DNA of 53,624 nucleotides from an uncultured Candidatus Saccharibacteria bacterium (GCA_964518755.1 CAZFHH010000002.1:6796-60419), one strand, 5' to 3'. Shown: positions 9,240 through 19,891, counted from the first letter of the stretch. Notes: generated by a model not told the origin, from the letters alone. Made by a program: numbers and translations.

Positions 9240-12200
9240 ATGGAGGAAATACCAAAATCAGAAATGGCGTTGCGAGAGGAGGAAACACTTGTTTTCTGGG
9301 AACAGCACCATATTTTTGAAAAGTCACTTGAGAAAACTTCACCGGAAGGAGAGTTTATCTTTTACGAGGGACCGCCAACCGCTAATGGTCGTCCCGGTGT
9401 GCACCACCTTGAAGCGCGCGTATTTAAAGATGCCATTCCGCGCTACAAAACAATGCGCGGGTACCACGTACGTCGTCGTGCAGGATGGGATACACACGGG
9501 CTTCCTGTAGAGCTTGAGGTAGAAAAAGAATTAAAGTTTTCCGGGAAGAAAGATATTGAGCAATATGGTATCGCAAAGTTTAATAAAAAATGTCGTGCAA
9601 GTGTGTTGAAATACATTGATGAGTGGCAAAAGTTTACAGATCGTATAGGCTATTGGGTTGACCAAAGCAAAGCATATTTTACTTATGACGCAACCTATAT
9701 GGAATCAGTGTGGTCAATCTTAAAACATATCAATAATGATAATCGTCTCTATAAAGACTACAAGATTGTGCCGTGGTGCACACGTTGTGGCACCGCATTA
9801 TCATCTCACGAGCTGGCGCAAGGATATCAAGATGTCAAAGACTTGGCAGTTACCGTAGAGTTTAAAGTAATAGGAAAACAAAACATATCATTTCTTGCAT
9901 GGACCACCACGCCGTGGACATTGCCGGGCAACGTGGCTCTTGCTGTTGGCGCCAGCATCACTTATGTAACCGTTGAGAAGAAAGAAAAAGATTCTGATAA
10001 TCCATCGCGCTTTATTCTTGCAAAAGAACGCTTGCGGAGTGTATTTAGTGAAGAAGAGTATTCAATAATTGAGGAACACAAGGGAAGCGAGTTAGTGGGA
10101 ATGGAATATGAACCGATTTATTCGTTTATTCGTGAAATTGCGCCAATTGCCGAGAAGCCAAAATTTAAAAAAGCATTCCACGTATATGCCGCGCCATTTG
10201 TAACAACCGAGGATGGCACCGGCATAGTGCATATTGCCGTGATGTATGGACAAGACGACTTTGAGCTTGGTACTGAGGTGGGATTGCCCAAGGTACATGT
10301 TGTTGCTCCCGATGGGCTTTTTGTCCCGGGCACCGGGTTTCTTGAGGGGCGTTTTGTTAAAGGTGAAGAGCTTGCCGTGGATATTATAAAAGATCTCGCG
10401 CGCAAGGCGGTGCTTTTTGCGAAGGGGAAGTATGAACACACATACCCCTTTTGTTGGCGTTGTAAAACCCCGCTTATCTACTATGCGCGTGATTCGTGGT
10501 ATATCCGCATGCAGGATTTACGAAAAGAAATGGTCGCACAAAATAAACATGTCCATTGGGAACCGGAGCACATTCGTGATGGGCGTTTTGGGGATTGGAT
10601 TGCCGGAGCGAAAGATTGGGCTATTAGTCGCGAACGTTATTGGGGCACACCTCTTCCCGTATGGGAAAATGCAGACGGTAATGAACGAGCAATCATTGGT
10701 TCAATTGAAGAATTAAGACGTCATACTCGCAAAAGCGGAAACACTTATTTCATCATGCGTCATGGGCAAGCGCAAAGTAATGTCATTGGAAAAATCAGTA
10801 CAAAACTTTCCACAGAGAGTAAGGACTCTCTTACAGAAGTTGGGCGCGCACAAGTTTTGCAAAGTGCAAAGGAGCTAAAGGCGCAGGGTTGTGTTGACAT
10901 CATCATCGTCTCGCCGTTTCTTCGTGCGCAAGAAACGGCGAGCATTGTCGCGAAAGAGCTAAGTATTCCAAAAGACGCTGTGCATACTGATGTCCGTTTG
11001 TGCGAAATAGATGCCGGAGAGCTTGATGGCGTGTCGTACGAAGAATGGCGCGCTTTTTTCCCGTCTGTTGAAGACAGGTTTATCAAGACGCCCCCCGGCG
11101 GTGAATCCTTTAATGATGTACGTATTCGTGTTGCGCAATTACTGTATGAAATTGAAAAGCAATATAAAGGAAAACGAATCCTTTTGGTATCGCACGAAAG
11201 TCCGTTATGGATGTTGCAACTTGCCGCACTTGGCATATCGGGCGGTGATGAAAGTGTTCCAGTCAAGTATGGCAATGCACAGTGGGGTGTGATTGATTTC
11301 GTCTCACTTCCGCACAATGAAAATTATGAACTGGATTTACATCGCCCATATATTGACGATGTCGTGCTGGTTTCAGACAAAGGAACGGAGCTTCACAGGG
11401 TTAAAGAAGTTATTGATGTGTGGTTTGATTCGGGTGCCATGCCTTTTGCTTCCGAGCACTATCCGTTTGAAAATAAGAAGTGGGTTGAAGGAGTCGGGTA
11501 CCCTGCGGACTTCATCTCTGAGGCGATTGACCAAACGCGTGGGTGGTTTTACACGCTTCTTGCGGTCGGCACTCTTATGGGGCGTGGGATGGCATATAAA
11601 AACGTCATTAGTCTCGGGCACCTGCAAGACGAAAATGGACAAAAGATGTCCAAATCAAAAGGTAATATTATTAAACCGTGGGAAGCTATAGATAAGTGGG
11701 GCGTTGATACGCTTCGTTTTTGGATGTATAGCGTCAATCAGCCTGGTGAGGCAAAGAGCTTTGATGAAAAGACCGTGCGCGAAGCGGCGCGGATACTTTC
11801 TTGGTTTGAAAATAGCGCAAAGTTTTATGAACTCTTTAAAGACCACGTGTCCAACGAGGAATCGGAGCCAAAAACAATTGATCAATGGATGCGGTTGCGT
11901 ACGCAACAAACGGTGCGTGCGGTTACAGCCCATTTTGATAACTATAAATATTTCGACGGTGCGCGTGCCATTGCAACATTGCTTGAAGATTTATCTCAAT
12001 GGTATGTGCGACGAATTCGTGACAGGGCGCGCGAGGGTGACCGCGCTGTTATTGAAACACTTCGTGAGACATTGCACACTATAGCGCTTCTTATCGCTCC
12101 GCTTTCACCATTTATAGCTGAACGAGTATTTCAGAATGTTCGCAAAAATACCGATGTGGAAAGTGTACATCTTGCGCGGTGGCCGGAAGGAGTTGCATCA

Positions 12201-12707
12201 CTTTATACATATATAGTGCACGCAGTTTCAAAAGAAAGTGATGACAAATTGCTTTCCGACATGGCTCATGCCCGTGCGTTCGCTTCTGAGGCACTTATGC
12301 TTCGTCAAAGGGTTGGAATAAAAGTGCGCCAACCTCTTGGTGCGTTGTACATTCCGGGAGAACTTTCCGATGATCTTGCTTCAATACTCGCGGAAGAGGT
12401 AAATGTAAAACATGTCAAAACCAATGCTCCAAAACTGGAGCTTGATACCGCACTTACCGAAGATCTTATTCACGAAGGGGATGTACGAGAATTTTCGCGC
12501 GCCATTGCTTCGGTGCGCAAAGAAATGGGACTCTCCCCGACGGATACGGTTTCGCTTTCAATTGAAGCGTTGGCACAACAGCGCATGGGTGGTGTCGTGT
12601 TTGCCGGGGTGTCGCACGTTGCGTTTGTGTCTGTGGAGGAGTGCAAGCATAACGTGACTCTTTCGTCGGGCATCGTTCATTTTTCAATTCAACACAATGC
12701 GTCATAA
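9240..12707 (+). CDS. ileS: isoleucine--tRNA ligase (type 2) with inserted histidine-phosphatase domain
   Basis: EGPPTANG, GWDTHGLP, WTTTPWTL, PFCWRCKTPLIYYA, KMSKS; internal FIMRHGQAQSN...VSH domain. Confidence 0.96.
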   Translation: MEEIPKSEMALREEETLVFWEQHHIFEKSLEKTSPEGEFIFYEGPPTANGRPGVHHLEARVFKDAIPRYKTMRGYHVRRRAGWDTHGLPVELEVEKELKFSGKKDIEQYGIAKFNKKCRASVLKYIDEWQKFTDRIGYWVDQSKAYFTYDATYMESVWSILKHINNDNRLYKDYKIVPWCTRCGTALSSHELAQGYQDVKDLAVTVEFKVIGKQNISFLAWTTTPWTLPGNVALAVGASITYVTVEKKEKDSDNPSRFILAKERLRSVFSEEEYSIIEEHKGSELVGMEYEPIYSFIREIAPIAEKPKFKKAFHVYAAPFVTTEDGTGIVHIAVMYGQDDFELGTEVGLPKVHVVAPDGLFVPGTGFLEGRFVKGEELAVDIIKDLARKAVLFAKGKYEHTYPFCWRCKTPLIYYARDSWYIRMQDLRKEMVAQNKHVHWEPEHIRDGRFGDWIAGAKDWAISRERYWGTPLPVWENADGNERAIIGSIEELRRHTRKSGNTYFIMRHGQAQSNVIGKISTKLSTESKDSLTEVGRAQVLQSAKELKAQGCVDIIIVSPFLRAQETASIVAKELSIPKDAVHTDVRLCEIDAGELDGVSYEEWRAFFPSVEDRFIKTPPGGESFNDVRIRVAQLLYEIEKQYKGKRILLVSHESPLWMLQLAALGISGGDESVPVKYGNAQWGVIDFVSLPHNENYELDLHRPYIDDVVLVSDKGTELHRVKEVIDVWFDSGAMPFASEHYPFENKKWVEGVGYPADFISEAIDQTRGWFYTLLAVGTLMGRGMAYKNVISLGHLQDENGQKMSKSKGNIIKPWEAIDKWGVDTLRFWMYSVNQPGEAKSFDEKTVREAARILSWFENSAKFYELFKDHVSNEESEPKTIDQWMRLRTQQTVRAVTAHFDNYKYFDGARAIATLLEDLSQWYVRRIRDRAREGDRAVIETLRETLHTIALLIAPLSPFIAERVFQNVRKNTDVESVHLARWPEGVASLYTYIVHAVSKESDDKLLSDMAHARAFASEALMLRQRVGIKVRQPLGALYIPGELSDDLASILAEEVNVKHVKTNAPKLELDTALTEDLIHEGDVREFSRAIASVRKEMGLSPTDTVSLSIEALAQQRMGGVVFAGVSHVAFVSVEECKHNVTLSSGIVHFSIQHNAS

Positions 12708-13269
12708 ATATTTTGTTTCCGGATTGGTTCTCGCAAGGTTTCCTTTTTCTGAAGACAGTGCATCGCTTGTGCTTTTAACCGATGAGCTGGGGCTTTTAAG
12801 GGCGCGGGCGCGCGCCATACGTAAACCATCCGCAAAGCTGGCAAGCTCACTGCAAACGTTAACTGAATCAAGAATCTCATTGGTGCACGGGAAGCTTGGG
12901 TGGCAATTGTTCGGCGCACAGTGCGTACGACAATGGGCACCTAAACTTTCTTTCGTAGCACGTGCGCGTGCCGCGCGGGTGAGTGAGCTCCTTATTCGTC
13001 TTGCCCCGGGCGAACTGAAGCAAGTGTCACTGTACAATACTTTCGTTGGTTTTTTCAAGGCACTGGATGAATTTCCGGAAGAACTTCATGAGTCAATAGA
13101 GCAACTTGCCGCTTTGCGCACGGTGCATGCGCTTGGGTTGGACGACGGTATTCTGCCGGCTAAAGAGGGGGAGGCTATATATTATTCGGAGGTATTGCAT
13201 GCTCTTGGCGAAGATAGTGGTGAATATGTGATGCGCATCAATCGCGGTATCGCCGCTTCAGGGCTGTAG
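12697..13269 (+). CDS. recO: short RecO-like DNA repair protein
   Basis: N-terminal pattern VLARFPFSE..LVLLTDELGLLRARARAIRKPSAKL. Confidence 0.8.
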   Translation: MRHKYFVSGLVLARFPFSEDSASLVLLTDELGLLRARARAIRKPSAKLASSLQTLTESRISLVHGKLGWQLFGAQCVRQWAPKLSFVARARAARVSELLIRLAPGELKQVSLYNTFVGFFKALDEFPEELHESIEQLAALRTVHALGLDDGILPAKEGEAIYYSEVLHALGEDSGEYVMRINRGIAASGL

Positions 13270-13302
13270 CGTCCCTGTGTGATAGTGCGCTATACTGTAC
13301 AC

Positions 13303-15210
13303 ATGCCACCACAAGACGACAGAAGCTCTCTTGAAAAAGCGCGCGAGGAATTATATTCTGTGCGAGGGAATACACGTGCCGGCGAATCAGCCACCGAGCC
13401 ACCGGAGCCCCGGCGTAGCGCCGGGGCTCCGGTGGCGACCGCGTGGGAAAACGATACGTTCACCACAAGACCAAAGCCACACAAACACGTGCGATTTGCC
13501 ATACTTTTCTTTTGGGTGGCGCTTACTTTTTTTCTGGTTGCCGGCGGTGTTTCCGCCTACTTGCTTTTTTCCGGTACGCGTTCGGTATCAACGGCACGCG
13601 TCATACTTACAATGCAGGGCCCAACAAGCGTTGCTGCCGGTGATACCGTTTCACTTTTGGTAACCATAACCAATCGCAATATCGTGCCTCTTAAAAACGT
13701 AAAGCTTTCACTGGTTTTCCCGAAGGGAACACGCTCGCCAAGCAATGTGCTTTCTCCTCTTGTACGTAGCAGTGAAAATGTAGGCACCATAGCTCCGGGC
13801 GAGACAATAAAGAAGCAAATAAAATCCGTACTTTTTGGCGGACAGGGGGATTCGCTTCCCCTGCGCGCCACGATACAATTTAATGCAGAGGGCTCAAATG
13901 CAACATTTACCAAAGAAGCATCCGGGGCTATTTCTATAGTTTCAACACCGCTTTCCGTTTCCATTGATGCTCCGGCATCGGTCATTCCAGGGCAGGTTAT
14001 GTCAATTGTGGCGACCGTTCGTTCAAATAGCACCAAACCAATTCGCGGTACAGTGCTCCACGCCGTTTATCCGGCAGGGTTTACCGTTAAAAAATCATCA
14101 TTGCCATCGCTTGGTGGGAATTTTTCAATCGGTACAATCGCACCCGGACAAACTCGTGTCGTACATATTAAAGGTGTTCTTTTTGGCAAGGTCGGGTCGC
14201 AACAAGCGTTTCATTTTACCGTTGGTACGGCAACCACCGCATCAAGTGGCAGTATTGCAATTGCGTACATGACGCAAGCTGCGACCGTCACATTTACTCA
14301 GCCGTTTATTGCGACAATCATGACGGTAAACGGCGGGGCAATCGGTAATACGGCTCTTATGCCAGGGACAAATGTCACCGTGTCGGTTGCATGGATGAAT
14401 ACTCTTACGGTTCCGGTTACCAACGCGCGCATTGCCGTTGAGCTTGGCGGAGACGCCCTCATTCCTTCAAGCGTGAAAAGCCAAACGGGACAATATCAAT
14501 CATCAACGCATACGGTTGTGTTTAGTAGGGATACAAATCTGGCTCTTTCACAATTTCCTCCGGGCGCTCAAGGAACCGGCACGTTTACATTTCAAACCTT
14601 GTCGGTTGCAAGTACAACCTCTGGTGGAATATACCACCCCACGATTACTCTCCGTGCGGTCGTTTCCGGAGAATATCCGGGTCAAGATATTTCGGTTGGA
14701 ACCACAACTGCCGGTATGGTGCAAAAATTAAAACTCGGCACGCTGCTTTCGCTTAATGCATACGCACTGCATGCAACAGGTCCGTTCGCAAATACGGGGC
14801 CTGTACCGCCCGTGGCAAATGCCAGAACTACATATACAATCGTGTGGCGAGTGCACGACACCCTAAACGATGTGGGCGGGGCGACTGTATCCGCAAATCT
14901 CCCAACGGCGGTTACGTTTGTTGGTCCGGTTTCTCCGCGCGACGGTTCCGTAATTTACAATGGGAGTACACATTCCGTTCGGTGGTCTATAGGAAACATG
15001 TCATCAAACACAACGCGCATCGCAATGTTTCAGGTTGCCCTCACTCCAAGCACAAGCGTGCGCGGCACGGCGCCGTCACTTCTTGACCCAACAACCTTGA
15101 CGGCATTTGATCGTTTTGCGCAAATAACCGTTTCCTCACTTGCCAATGCGATTACCACCACGCTTTCGCATGAATCGCAATACGATATAAACTCGGGTGT
15201 TGTGCGATAG
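13303..15210 (+). CDS. membrane-anchored surface protein with tandem Ig-like domains
   Basis: One N-terminal TM helix; repeated GPTSVAAGD, GTIAPGE, GTIAPGQ beta-sandwich patterns; TATACT 6 nt before ATG 13303. Confidence 0.8.
   Translation: MPPQDDRSSLEKAREELYSVRGNTRAGESATEPPEPRRSAGAPVATAWENDTFTTRPKPHKHVRFAILFFWVALTFFLVAGGVSAYLLFSGTRSVSTARVILTMQGPTSVAAGDTVSLLVTITNRNIVPLKNVKLSLVFPKGTRSPSNVLSPLVRSSENVGTIAPGETIKKQIKSVLFGGQGDSLPLRATIQFNAEGSNATFTKEASGAISIVSTPLSVSIDAPASVIPGQVMSIVATVRSNSTKPIRGTVLHAVYPAGFTVKKSSLPSLGGNFSIGTIAPGQTRVVHIKGVLFGKVGSQQAFHFTVGTATTASSGSIAIAYMTQAATVTFTQPFIATIMTVNGGAIGNTALMPGTNVTVSVAWMNTLTVPVTNARIAVELGGDALIPSSVKSQTGQYQSSTHTVVFSRDTNLALSQFPPGAQGTGTFTFQTLSVASTTSGGIYHPTITLRAVVSGEYPGQDISVGTTTAGMVQKLKLGTLLSLNAYALHATGPFANTGPVPPVANARTTYTIVWRVHDTLNDVGGATVSANLPTAVTFVGPVSPRDGSVIYNGSTHSVRWSIGNMSSNTTRIAMFQVALTPSTSVRGTAPSLLDPTTLTAFDRFAQITVSSLANAITTTLSHESQYDINSGVVR
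13398..13436. repeat. 39-bp perfect palindrome inside CDS
   Basis: GCCACCGGAGCCCCGGCG-TAG-CGCCGGGGCTCCGGTGGC. Confidence 0.93.
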
Positions 15211-15238
15211 GTTAAAATGAGTATAGTGCACATAACAC

Positions 15239-16642
15239 ATGTCTATGTCTGATACGCAAAATAACCCGTCTTTGGAAACTATCATCTCGCTCGCAAAGCG
15301 TCGCGGTTTTGTATTCCCCGGCTCCGAGATTTACGGAGGACTTGCGGGTACTTACGATTATGGACCGCTTGGAGTTGCACTTAAAAATAATATAAAAAAT
15401 ATGTGGTGGCGAATGTTTGTTGAGTTGCGCGATGATATGTATGGTGTTGATGCGGCAATCCTAATGAATTCAAAAGTGTGGGAGGCGTCTGGACATATAG
15501 CCGGGTTTTCCGACCCTCTTATTGAGTGTGAAAAATGTAAACACCGCTTTCGTGCGGACCAAGTACAAACAAAGCCGAAAAAAGATGAGTCCGGCATTGT
15601 GCTGGAAAATGAAGAGGTTTGGATTTGTGAGCACTGTGGTACAAAAAATGAAATGGCGGAGCCACGACAATTCAATATGATGTTTAAGACGCGCGCCGGT
15701 GCATCTGAAGATGCACCGGCGGTATATCTGCGCCCGGAAACAGCAGGCGGTATCTTTATGAATTACAAAAACATCATTGACTCTGTGCATCCGAAACTTC
15801 CATTTGGCATCGCACAAATAGGAAAGGCATTCCGCAATGAAATCGCTCCGCGAGATTTTATTTTTCGTTTAAGAGAGCTTGAGCAAATGGAGGTGGAATA
15901 TTTTATAAAACAAGAAGAATGGGAGCGAGCGTTTGAACAGTGGCGTGTTTTGATGCATGAATATGCGCAAGCTATCGGCATTAAAGGCAGTGCTTTGCAT
16001 GAACTTGAAATATTGCCGGAAGACCGCGCGCATTACAGTGAGCGAACAATTGATTTTGAGTTTGACTATCCTTTCGGACGCAAAGAACTTTGGGGGCTTG
16101 CCTATCGCACAGACTTTGATTTATCTGCTCACGAAAAGGGTTCCGGCGTTGAATTAAAGTATCTTGATGAGGCAACAAAAGAAAAATTCACGCCACACGT
16201 CATTGAGCCGTCTCTTGGTGTGGACCGCACCGTGCTCGCGGTGTTGCTCTCCGCTTATCGCAAAGATGATCTTGGTGGGGGAGAGCGCACATACCTCGCG
16301 TTTTCTCCGGCGCTTGCTCCGGTCAAGGCAATGGTATCACCACTTCTAAAAAATAAACCGGAACTGGTGGAGAAAGCACGCGAAGTGTACACGGTACTCA
16401 AAAAAGATGTTCCGCAAATTATGTGGGACGATAACGGCAACATCGGCAAGCGGTATCGCCGGCAAGATGAAATTGGAACACCATTTTGCATCACCATTGA
16501 TTTTGATACTCTCGGCGAAAAACCGGAACTCAAAGACACCGTTACGCTTCGGCAGCGTGACACCGCTGTGCAGACTCGCATGTCAATAACAGAGGCCATT
16601 TTATCGGTGCGCGAGTCAATACGTGGTATTCCACTTACATAA
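15239..16642 (+). CDS. glyQS: glycine--tRNA ligase, alpha2 type
   Basis: KRRGF..SEIYGG, YLRPETA, GKAFRNEI, IGKRYRRQDEIGTP. Confidence 0.97.
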   Translation: MSMSDTQNNPSLETIISLAKRRGFVFPGSEIYGGLAGTYDYGPLGVALKNNIKNMWWRMFVELRDDMYGVDAAILMNSKVWEASGHIAGFSDPLIECEKCKHRFRADQVQTKPKKDESGIVLENEEVWICEHCGTKNEMAEPRQFNMMFKTRAGASEDAPAVYLRPETAGGIFMNYKNIIDSVHPKLPFGIAQIGKAFRNEIAPRDFIFRLRELEQMEVEYFIKQEEWERAFEQWRVLMHEYAQAIGIKGSALHELEILPEDRAHYSERTIDFEFDYPFGRKELWGLAYRTDFDLSAHEKGSGVELKYLDEATKEKFTPHVIEPSLGVDRTVLAVLLSAYRKDDLGGGERTYLAFSPALAPVKAMVSPLLKNKPELVEKAREVYTVLKKDVPQIMWDDNGNIGKRYRRQDEIGTPFCITIDFDTLGEKPELKDTVTLRQRDTAVQTRMSITEAILSVRESIRGIPLT

Positions 16643-16676
16643 TAGCGGCTGGACACAAATGTGGTAGTATTCTTCT

Positions 16677-17738
16677 ATGGATATACATAACAATAAACAC
16701 ACCATTTCAATTACATCCGGCACGATGGTGACGGCGGTTGTTATCGGTTTTATAGTGTTTGCACTGTGGTTATTGCGCGATCTTGTGTTGCTGGTTATCA
16801 CAGCAATCATTCTTGCATCAGCGGTACGCCCGGGGATATTGTTTTTTGTGCGTTTTAAGATTCCTCGCGCGCTTGCGGTGTTCTTTACTTACTTTATCGC
16901 TCTTTCAATAATCTTCGGTTCCATTTACTTTTTCCTTCCGCCGTTGTTGGCGGAGGTGCAAAAATTTATGGGTGCGTTGCCGAATTATTTAAACTCAGCA
17001 TCGCTTCCATTGCCGTTGCGTAGCTCGTCGGGATTATTTGCGGTAGGCTCCGGCGGTGATTCCATAACCAATATCATCACGGCGCTTCAAAGTGCGTTTA
17101 TCAATACCTCAACCGGTGCCTTGCGACTGCTCACCACAATCTTCGGTGGTATATTTTCTCTTGTTTTTGTGATCGTTCTCTCATTTTATTTTGCGGTGCA
17201 AGAGTCCGGCATAGAGGATTTCCTTCGTGTCGTTACGCCGCTTTCAAAAGAGGATTATGTTATTGATCTTTGGCATCGTTCGCAGAAAAAAATAGGGCTG
17301 TGGATGCAGGGACAGATTTTGCTTTCTGTTTTCGTCGGTGTGTTGGTGTATTTGGGGTTGCTTATCATAGGTATTCCGTACGCATTGTTGCTTGGTGTGT
17401 TCACGGCAATAATGGAAATCATTCCAATATTCGGTTCATTTATCTCCGCAATCCCGGCGATTATGATCGCATTTGGCGTTGGAGGATTGCCACTGGCACT
17501 TATCGTAACGGGGTTGTACGTTGTTGTAAACCAGTTTGAGGCGCACCTCATTTATCCGCTTGTGGTGAGAAAGATTGTGGGCGTTCCTCCGCTTTTGGTT
17601 ATTATCGCTATGGTTGCCGGAGCCGAGCTTGCTGGTTTTTTGGGTGTTCTTCTTTCTGTTCCGATAGCCGCAATTCTTCAAGAGTTTGTAAACGATCTTG
17701 ATAAAAGACGGCGTGTACATCACGCAACGCATCGGTGA
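16677..17738 (+). CDS. AI-2E (UPF0118) family membrane protein
   Basis: About 8 TM helices, EIIPIFGSFIS, QFEAHLIYPLVV, GFLGVLLSVP. Confidence 0.9.
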   Translation: MDIHNNKHTISITSGTMVTAVVIGFIVFALWLLRDLVLLVITAIILASAVRPGILFFVRFKIPRALAVFFTYFIALSIIFGSIYFFLPPLLAEVQKFMGALPNYLNSASLPLPLRSSSGLFAVGSGGDSITNIITALQSAFINTSTGALRLLTTIFGGIFSLVFVIVLSFYFAVQESGIEDFLRVVTPLSKEDYVIDLWHRSQKKIGLWMQGQILLSVFVGVLVYLGLLIIGIPYALLLGVFTAIMEIIPIFGSFISAIPAIMIAFGVGGLPLALIVTGLYVVVNQFEAHLIYPLVVRKIVGVPPLLVIIAMVAGAELAGFLGVLLSVPIAAILQEFVNDLDKRRRVHHATHR

Positions 17739-17759
17739 AATTTTTTATTGTAGATTTCT

Positions 17760-19202
17760 ATGGCGCGTTATTTTACCACCACACTTCCTTATGTGAATGC
17801 AGACCCGCATCTCGGGCACGCCCTTGAAATGGTGCAGGCCGATGTGCTTGCGCGCGTAGCGCGCACACAAGGCGAAGAAGTTTTTTTTAATTCCGGTACC
17901 GATGAGCACGGACAGAAAATTCTCCGCGCGGCGCAAAAAGTAGGGCAAGATGTGCAAGAGTATGTAGACCACTATGCAAAACAATTTGATGCGCTTCCCA
18001 AGGCTTTGGGAATTTCCGAACATGCTTTCATTCGTACCACTGCTCCTTCTCACGTTATTGCCGCACAAGAAATGTGGCGTCGATGTGCCGATGCCGGAGA
18101 TATTTATAAAAAATCTTATACCGGTTTATATTGCGTGGGCTGTGAGGCATATAAAACAGAAAAAGATTTAGTGAATGGCGAGTGTCTTGACCACGTCGGC
18201 ACTCCACTTGAAAAAATCACGGCAGAAAATTATTTTTTCAAGCTTTCAAAATATGAGAAGCCGTTGCGTAAATATCTTAAAAGTGGAGAGGTGATTGTTC
18301 CGTCGTGGCGTCTGCAGGAAGCACTTGATTTTGTAGAGGCCGGACTTGAAGATTTCAGCATTTCGCGCGAAAAGACGCGCCTTTCGTGGGGAGTGCCAGT
18401 CCCCGATGATGACGCGCAGGTGATGTATGTGTGGTTTGATGCTTTGACGAACTATATCTCAACGCTTGGGTGGCCACAAGATAAAGAGGGTAATTTCAAA
18501 AAGTTTTGGGAAGAAGGGCAGACGCTCCAAATGGCCGGAAAGGATCAAGTGCGTTTCCAGTCAATCATGTGGCAGGCGATGCTCTTGTCTGTCGGTATCA
18601 AAAATACCGACCAAATATTTTATCATGGTTTTATAAACTCGGGTGGGCGCAAAATGAGTAAATCCATAGGCAACGTCATCAATCCGTACGAGCTTGTTGA
18701 GAAATACGGTACCGATGCCACTCGCTATATGCTCTTGCGCCATGTGCACCCGGCGCAAGATACTGATATTACATGGGAGCGTATGGACGAATGGTATACC
18801 GCGAACTTGGTAAATGGATTGGGAAATTTTGTGGCGCGAGTGATGACTCTCTCTCAAGCGCACTTAAGTGAGCCGGTTGTCGTGAGTGATATTTTAGGAA
18901 AAGACGCAAAGGACATTTTTTTGAAGCTGGGCGCATTTCATTTTAATGAAGCTCTTGATGGTATTTTTGCAAAGATGAGTGTTGCTGACGTTCACATAAC
19001 AAAGACAGAGCCATATAAAAAAATCAAAAGCTCCGATGAAAGCGAGAAAACGCAAGCGCGCGGTGACATCACGGAGCTTGTGCGCACGTGTGCGTCTATC
19101 GGTGCGGACCTTGCGCACTTTATGCCGGAAACATCAGAAAATATTTTAAATGCCGTACGCACAAACACGAAGCCGGGAAATCTTTTCCCCCGGCTCGCGT
19201 AG
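17760..19202 (+). CDS. metG: methionine--tRNA ligase, short form
   Basis: YVNADPHLGH, GTDEHG, YVWFDAL, KMSKSIGN. Confidence 0.97.
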   Translation: MARYFTTTLPYVNADPHLGHALEMVQADVLARVARTQGEEVFFNSGTDEHGQKILRAAQKVGQDVQEYVDHYAKQFDALPKALGISEHAFIRTTAPSHVIAAQEMWRRCADAGDIYKKSYTGLYCVGCEAYKTEKDLVNGECLDHVGTPLEKITAENYFFKLSKYEKPLRKYLKSGEVIVPSWRLQEALDFVEAGLEDFSISREKTRLSWGVPVPDDDAQVMYVWFDALTNYISTLGWPQDKEGNFKKFWEEGQTLQMAGKDQVRFQSIMWQAMLLSVGIKNTDQIFYHGFINSGGRKMSKSIGNVINPYELVEKYGTDATRYMLLRHVHPAQDTDITWERMDEWYTANLVNGLGNFVARVMTLSQAHLSEPVVVSDILGKDAKDIFLKLGAFHFNEALDGIFAKMSVADVHITKTEPYKKIKSSDESEKTQARGDITELVRTCASIGADLAHFMPETSENILNAVRTNTKPGNLFPRLA

Positions 19203-19213
19203 CGAGCCGGGGG
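19187..19213. repeat. palindrome centred on the metG stop codon
   Basis: CCCCCGGCTCGC-GTA-GCGAGCCGGGGG. Confidence 0.9.
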
Positions 19214-19245
19214 CGTCGTTGTGTGCATGTGATACACTAACACAT

Positions 19246-19392
19246 ATGGTTAAGACAAAAACAAATACAAACAGGTCAACCTACGTATGGAATACGCGGG
19301 TTATGGAACTCGCAAAGCGTGTTGGCGATGATATACGGTCGCGAGAAAATAATGAAAGAGCCGGAAGTACAGCTATCAATACCATCACATAG
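19246..19392 (+). CDS. 48-aa putative antitoxin
   Basis: TGATACACT 7 nt before ATG; overlaps the start of the PIN gene. Confidence 0.5.
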   Translation: MVKTKTNTNRSTYVWNTRVMELAKRVGDDIRSRENNERAGSTAINTIT

Positions 19393-19888
19393 TTTCGTAC
19401 TGCTTGATACGAATGTTCTTGTGGATACGTCCAAGTATCCATTGGAATTTTCAGCTTTATATACGGAATTAGAGCGCCTTGAGATTGGGTCAATGATTGA
19501 AAGCACCATTTGTTTTGAATTTTTACGAGGCCTGCGAAATATTGATGATGGTGAAAAATTGCTGGAAGAGCTGTGTGGCTTCGAGCATATTGTCCTTGTG
19601 CCAAACAAGGGTATTTTTAATCTTGCACTTTCCATTGCACGTATCTATATGAAGTCAGATAACAAAAGTACCAATGTGCCGGACACATTAATTGCCGCGC
19701 AAATGTGCAAATATGCCAGAGTGAGACAAGTGGAAAGCCAATTGTTTCTTGCCACGCAAAATCACCGTGACTTTCCGCCGGTACTTTTTGAGCGTGTTGA
19801 TGATGCACTTATCACACTCGCCGACGGTTCTGTAAAGATTATCGGCTTTTATAGATTTAATAAAGAGCGGTTTGAAAAACTTTCTTAA
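19352..19888 (+). CDS. PIN-domain (VapC-like) ribonuclease
   Basis: LLDTNVLVD, EFLRG, PDTLIAA, LATQNHRDF acidic active-site motifs. Confidence 0.88.
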   Translation: MKEPEVQLSIPSHSFVLLDTNVLVDTSKYPLEFSALYTELERLEIGSMIESTICFEFLRGLRNIDDGEKLLEELCGFEHIVLVPNKGIFNLALSIARIYMKSDNKSTNVPDTLIAAQMCKYARVRQVESQLFLATQNHRDFPPVLFERVDDALITLADGSVKIIGFYRFNKERFEKLS

Positions 19889-19891
19889 TAT

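Noticed and set aside
6275-17760. T-box leaders before the aaRS genes
   Set aside because: Upstream gaps are short or leaderless, and no T-box consensus is seen.
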